NCBI GenBank assembly: GCA_002788855.1
Contig: PFSB01000026.1
Coordinates: 6,142 to 70,141, forward strand
Direction of reading: 5' to 3'
DNA length: 64,000 nt
Origin: Candidatus Roizmanbacteria bacterium CG_4_9_14_0_2_um_filter_38_17
GTDB taxonomy: Bacteria > Patescibacteriota > Microgenomatia > GCA-00278855
Shown here: positions 60,121-64,000 of the stretch, piece by piece
Layout of the letters: each line of letters starts with the position of its first letter
How positions within the stretch are numbered: position 1 is the first letter of the stretch
The notes under the pieces: generated by a model
The model's input: only the letters and a program-made list of their open reading frames with translations
Told to the model about the DNA's origin: nothing
The model's database searches: none
Made by a program: the position numbers and the translations under genes

Positions 60121-60450
60121 ATGAAGAACATAAAACCCAGATGGGTTAACTCTGATACAGACAATTTGTTTGAAGCAATATTACGGCTTGAGGATACTCA
60201 GGAAGCGCACAGGTTTTTTCGTGATCTTTTAACAGAGGGTGAAATAATGGAATTTGCTGCTCGCTGGAAAGCAGCAAGAATGTTAAATTCAGGTATCCCC
60301 TATTCCCAAATACAGAAAGAAACTGGGTTAAGTTCAACTACTGTTGCCAGAGTTAGCCAGTGGCTTACACGAGGAATGAGTGGTTATCAGTTAATGTTAG
60401 ATAAACTTCACCATAGCGAGCATGTCATAGATCCCGCAAAGAGGATCTAG
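60121..60450 (+). CDS. YerC/YecD family TrpR-like repressor
   Basis: FFRDLLTEGE...RW..ARML...YSQI..ETGLSSTTVARV. Confidence 0.9.
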   Translation: MKNIKPRWVNSDTDNLFEAILRLEDTQEAHRFFRDLLTEGEIMEFAARWKAARMLNSGIPYSQIQKETGLSSTTVARVSQWLTRGMSGYQLMLDKLHHSEHVIDPAKRI

Positions 60451-60527
60451 AGACATTCGTGATGGATTAATCCCCCACTTAAATTCATCCCTCCCGAATA
60501 TTTCTTAAGAATTAATATAGTTAAATT

Positions 60528-61265
60528 ATGACTAAAGAATTAGATAATAGAATACTTTTTGTGGCAGCAACTCACGGAGATGAGGGCTTTTCTATTGATG
60601 CGCTAGATCAGCTGAAAGCTGACTATGCTAAAGATGAATATGGCTATGACTGGATAATAGGAAATCCTATTGCACTAGCTGAGAATGTGCGTTTTATCGA
60701 CACAGATCTTAATAGATGTGCCCCAGGGAATGTAGATAGTGACCTATACGAAGAAAGAAGAGCAAGTCAACTTATAAGAATATCTGATGACTATGGTGAA
60801 TTAATAGATATACACGGAACAACTGCAAACACAGGTATATTTACACTGGTTACTTATCCAAGTATTGAGAACATCTTGTTTGCAGCGTCTCTACCTATAG
60901 ATAGAGTTGTATTTTGGTACTCGAATAAATCCCAAATCAAAGGGCCACTTACGCAGTTCTGTAGTCAGCCTGCTATTGAAATAGAATGTGGTCCCAAAGG
61001 TGATCTAGGCATAATAATTCAACTTAGAAGTATCTTATCTATGTTCTTACAAAATAGAAAAAATGGTTTGAAAATTGATCTAGATAATAAAGAATTTTAT
61101 GCGGTTTATGGAGCAATAAAACAGTGGCAAGGAGATAGATTGAGTGATTTTGAATTGGTAACACAGGGTAGTGAGGATTTTTACCCGCTATTAGTAGGTC
61201 AATATTCTGACAAAATTTGCTACAAGATGAGAAAAGTAGATTTTGCAAAGCAGTTTATATACTAA
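60528..61265 (+). CDS. aspartoacylase/succinylglutamate desuccinylase family (M14-like) hydrolase
   Basis: THGDE, GNP, DLNR, IDIHGT, IEIECG. Confidence 0.85.
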   Translation: MTKELDNRILFVAATHGDEGFSIDALDQLKADYAKDEYGYDWIIGNPIALAENVRFIDTDLNRCAPGNVDSDLYEERRASQLIRISDDYGELIDIHGTTANTGIFTLVTYPSIENILFAASLPIDRVVFWYSNKSQIKGPLTQFCSQPAIEIECGPKGDLGIIIQLRSILSMFLQNRKNGLKIDLDNKEFYAVYGAIKQWQGDRLSDFELVTQGSEDFYPLLVGQYSDKICYKMRKVDFAKQFIY

Positions 61266-61267
61266 AT

Positions 61268-61819
61268 ATGAAATCACTTAGAAAAATACAGATTGGTGTA
61301 ATGGGGTCTGCCTCAGATACGAAGTACTCCAAGAGATTGGAAAGCCTAGCGGTAAGCGTGGGATACTGGGTTGCAAATAAAGGAGCAACTCTCGTTTTTG
61401 GTGCTGAGAAAGATTGTGACTCTTTATCAACGGCTGCCTGCCGCGGTGCAAAAAAAGCTAATGGACTAACAGTTGGTGTTACGTATGGAAAAGGTCTTGA
61501 CGTCTTTGAGAAAAATGCAGACGTGATAATTGCTAGCGGTTTAGAACGTGGAGGAGGAAGAGAAACTACTCTTGTATTAAGTTGTGATGCAATTATCACA
61601 ATCAGTGGAGGATCAGGAACACTAACAGAAATAGCCATTGCTTACCAAGCAAATATACCCATTGTTGTATTAAAAAATACTGGAGGATGGAGTTCTAAGT
61701 TAGCCGGGCAGTTTATTGATAGCAGAAAACGACTAAGAGTTGAAGAGGCTAATACACCAAAAAGCGCTGTTGAAAAAGTACTTAAATTAATCAAAGACAA
61801 AAATGAGGAAATTAAATAA
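61268..61819 (+). CDS. LOG/SLOG family protein (TIGR00725-like)
   Basis: IGVMGS, AACRGA, SGGSGTLTEIAIAY, TGGWS. Confidence 0.85.
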   Translation: MKSLRKIQIGVMGSASDTKYSKRLESLAVSVGYWVANKGATLVFGAEKDCDSLSTAACRGAKKANGLTVGVTYGKGLDVFEKNADVIIASGLERGGGRETTLVLSCDAIITISGGSGTLTEIAIAYQANIPIVVLKNTGGWSSKLAGQFIDSRKRLRVEEANTPKSAVEKVLKLIKDKNEEIK

Positions 61820-61977
61820 ATCTCCACTACTAGTTCACCATATCCATATCAATCTCTTCTGGGAAGAGATTGGCTGTGGTATTGAACTCTCCTTGTAACA
61901 GCGATTTACCTCATTCAATCCCTTTTCATATAAGAGTTTGTTCTCTTTGTGTAAGGAAATGATCGGAGGTGATAATT

Positions 61978-62883
61978 ATGTTAGAAAGAAAAAATTTAGT
62001 TCAACCTGAAAGTACAGAGGTATTAACCTCTGTACCTTATGTTGTTTCTGGAGATATAAAAATATTATTGGAGAACTGGGCAGATCAGCGTGGTTTTGTA
62101 CTACCGGAAGCTAGTTTTTTTGTCGATCTTAGAGCTAATTTTAGCTCCTATATGCAACAAATGTTCGGTGGCTTTGAACTTGTATCTGAAATTGAGTTGG
62201 TAAATGGTATGGCCAAACAAGTGGAGTCTACTGGTCTACCAGCAATATCATTAGACCGAGTATATTTTCGCTCAGAATCGTTCTTAGATATAACTCGCCA
62301 GGTTGAAAATACCGGAAAAGACAAAGGGCTTGGAAGGCGCATGGGATCCCCCACCCTGCTCCAGCAATTTAGAGCTCTACGGGAACAAAATATCAGTAAG
62401 GTTACGTTAGTAGATGACGTCATATTTGCTGGTGAACAGGTTACCAGAATAAGCAAAATGCTTGAAAGAATAGGAATTAGTGTTCCAGTAGTTTGCGCTG
62501 GTATTGGAATTGGTGAAGGGATAGAGCAACTAAATAACCTTGGTCAAGAAGTAAGATGTGTTCGACAATATAAAGATGTCATAGACGAAATATGTGAAAG
62601 AGATTTTTATCCTGGTGTGCCAATGTGTGGCCGCTCAATCCAAGGTGATAATAATATTGGAGTTCCATACATATTGCCACTCGGTAATCCGGGTAAATGG
62701 GCATCCATACCTGACCAATGGCAAGCTCCCTTTTCGGGCTTTTGCATCCAGCAAACAGTTAAATTATTTGAAGCAATTGAAATTGCTTCAGGAAAAGAAG
62801 TCCAATGTAGAGACCTTGAGAGAAAGGTGTTTTCATTACCTAATGATGGAACACGATTTGTTGATGCTTTAGTAAATCTATAG
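61978..62883 (+). CDS. phosphoribosyltransferase-like hypothetical protein
   Basis: PRPP-loop-like VTLVDDVIFAGEQ; SD GGAGGTG before ATG 61978. Confidence 0.55.
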   Translation: MLERKNLVQPESTEVLTSVPYVVSGDIKILLENWADQRGFVLPEASFFVDLRANFSSYMQQMFGGFELVSEIELVNGMAKQVESTGLPAISLDRVYFRSESFLDITRQVENTGKDKGLGRRMGSPTLLQQFRALREQNISKVTLVDDVIFAGEQVTRISKMLERIGISVPVVCAGIGIGEGIEQLNNLGQEVRCVRQYKDVIDEICERDFYPGVPMCGRSIQGDNNIGVPYILPLGNPGKWASIPDQWQAPFSGFCIQQTVKLFEAIEIASGKEVQCRDLERKVFSLPNDGTRFVDALVNL

Positions 62884-62890
62884 ACCTGTT

Positions 62891-62930
62891 GCCGATTGAT
62901 CTTTTGGTCGATCGGCTATGGTTTTTTATT
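62891..62930 (+). terminator. Rho-independent terminator
   Basis: GCCGATTGATC-TTTT-GGTCGATCGGC followed by a T-rich tract. Confidence 0.7.
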
Positions 62931-63005
62931 TAGCTTTAAAATTACATATCAGAGTTATATGTGAAACTGAGTTATGTAATTTCTGGGTGTGCTAAGATAC
63001 TACCT

Positions 63006-64000
63006 ATGGAGATAGAAAAAGTAGTTGAACAAAACAGCAAAATTAGGAGCTTAACTACCCAAGAGTACCAGATAGGAAGAAACGTGATGGAGGCTTGCAT
63101 GTATGTGCAACCGAGCGAGAAAGTGCTCATAGTTACAGATCCCGAGGAGTACAAAAATGCAGCTATCTTTTTTGAGGCTGCCAAAGAATTTACTGACAGT
63201 GTCAAGCTCATCTCTTTTTCGGGAATGCATAAAAATGCCCAAGAGCCGCCGCCAGAAATAGTACAAGAAATAATAGCTGCGGACGTTGCTATCCTTATCA
63301 CTAAACACTCTCTAACCCACACAAAGGGCAGATTAGATGGCACAAAAAGTAAAACACGAATTGCCACGATGCCAGGAATAACACAAGAAATAATCATGCG
63401 AACTTTGGGAGTGGACTATAGTGAGGTTGCAGCTTTGTCTATTAAAATTGCTAATATTTTAACTAAAAGTAAAAAAGGAAAACTTACTGCTGAGGGTGGC
63501 ACGGATATCACGTTTAGTATAGCTGGTAGAGCTGGAATTGCGGATACGGGTTTGTTTGTAAAGAAAGGAGCCGAGGGAAATTTGCCCGCGGGTGAGGCAT
63601 TTATTGCGCCTTTAGAAGGCACGACCAATGGAATAATTGTATTTGATGGTAGCTTTGATGCAATAGAGCTGAATCAACCAATAATAACTGAAATTCAAGA
63701 TGGCAAAGTGATAAGTATCAAAGGGGGTAAGCCCGCAGATATTTTAAAGCGAAGAATGGACTCAGCTGGCGAGGCAGCTTACAATATTGCCGAACTGGGG
63801 ATAGGTACTAATTCGGCAGCAGAGCTCAGCAGCAACCTTTTGGAAGCTGAAAAAGTATTTGGAACTGTGCATGTGGCAATGGGCAGCAATATTACATTTG
63901 GTGGGACAGTGTCTGTACCTTTTCATTCAGATGGTGTAATTCTCTCCCCTACTCTTAAAGTAGATGATATACTTATATTAGATAGAGGTAGCTTTAGATG
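63006..64000 (+). CDS. M29-family aminopeptidase (runs off window end; not in ORF track)
   Basis: EKVLIVTD, GNLPAGEAFIAP, IAELGIGTN, EAEKVFGTVHVAMG, HSDGV. Confidence 0.88.
   Translation, partial: MEIEKVVEQNSKIRSLTTQEYQIGRNVMEACMYVQPSEKVLIVTDPEEYKNAAIFFEAAKEFTDSVKLISFSGMHKNAQEPPPEIVQEIIAADVAILITKHSLTHTKGRLDGTKSKTRIATMPGITQEIIMRTLGVDYSEVAALSIKIANILTKSKKGKLTAEGGTDITFSIAGRAGIADTGLFVKKGAEGNLPAGEAFIAPLEGTTNGIIVFDGSFDAIELNQPIITEIQDGKVISIKGGKPADILKRRMDSAGEAAYNIAELGIGTNSAAELSSNLLEAEKVFGTVHVAMGSNITFGGTVSVPFHSDGVILSPTLKVDDILILDRGSFR

Overview
This 64-kb low-GC chromosomal window most likely comes from a Patescibacteria (CPR, Microgenomates-like) bacterium. The evidence is a DRG GTPase, a type IV pilus locus with no PilP/PilQ, short Tig/ThrRS/PheT/HolB proteins and CPR-type hypothetical proteins. 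Housekeeping content: thrS-infC-rpmI-rplT-pheST, tyrS-rpmF-nusB-rnc-rpsP-khpA, gyrB-ppa-gyrA-folD, a Xer recombinase, yebC, lgt, efp, dnaB, a class A PBP, a MacAB-like ABC exporter and 5 tRNAs. There is also a 14-kb type IV pilus locus with two further orphan pilins. The most striking unexplained layer is a set of short stem-loop (REP-like) repeat families. Two RAYT/Y1 HUH transposase genes each sit between their own palindromes. Three unrelated ~1-kb cargo cassettes (an orphan gene at tRNA-Val, alaX inside the pilus operon, a hydrolase at tRNA-Leu) are each bracketed by 23-41-bp direct repeats of such palindromes. Other signals: an orphan pilin interrupted by a C8 frameshift; an IS66-type MITE with a perfect 8-bp TSD; a GIY-YIG gene between a tRNA-Leu and a copy of its 5' end; a dif-like site whose arm recurs in the xer promoter; a CIRCE-like element on a cell-wall hydrolase promoter; and many leaderless-type promoters. 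All calls come from reading motifs by eye; no database searches were run.
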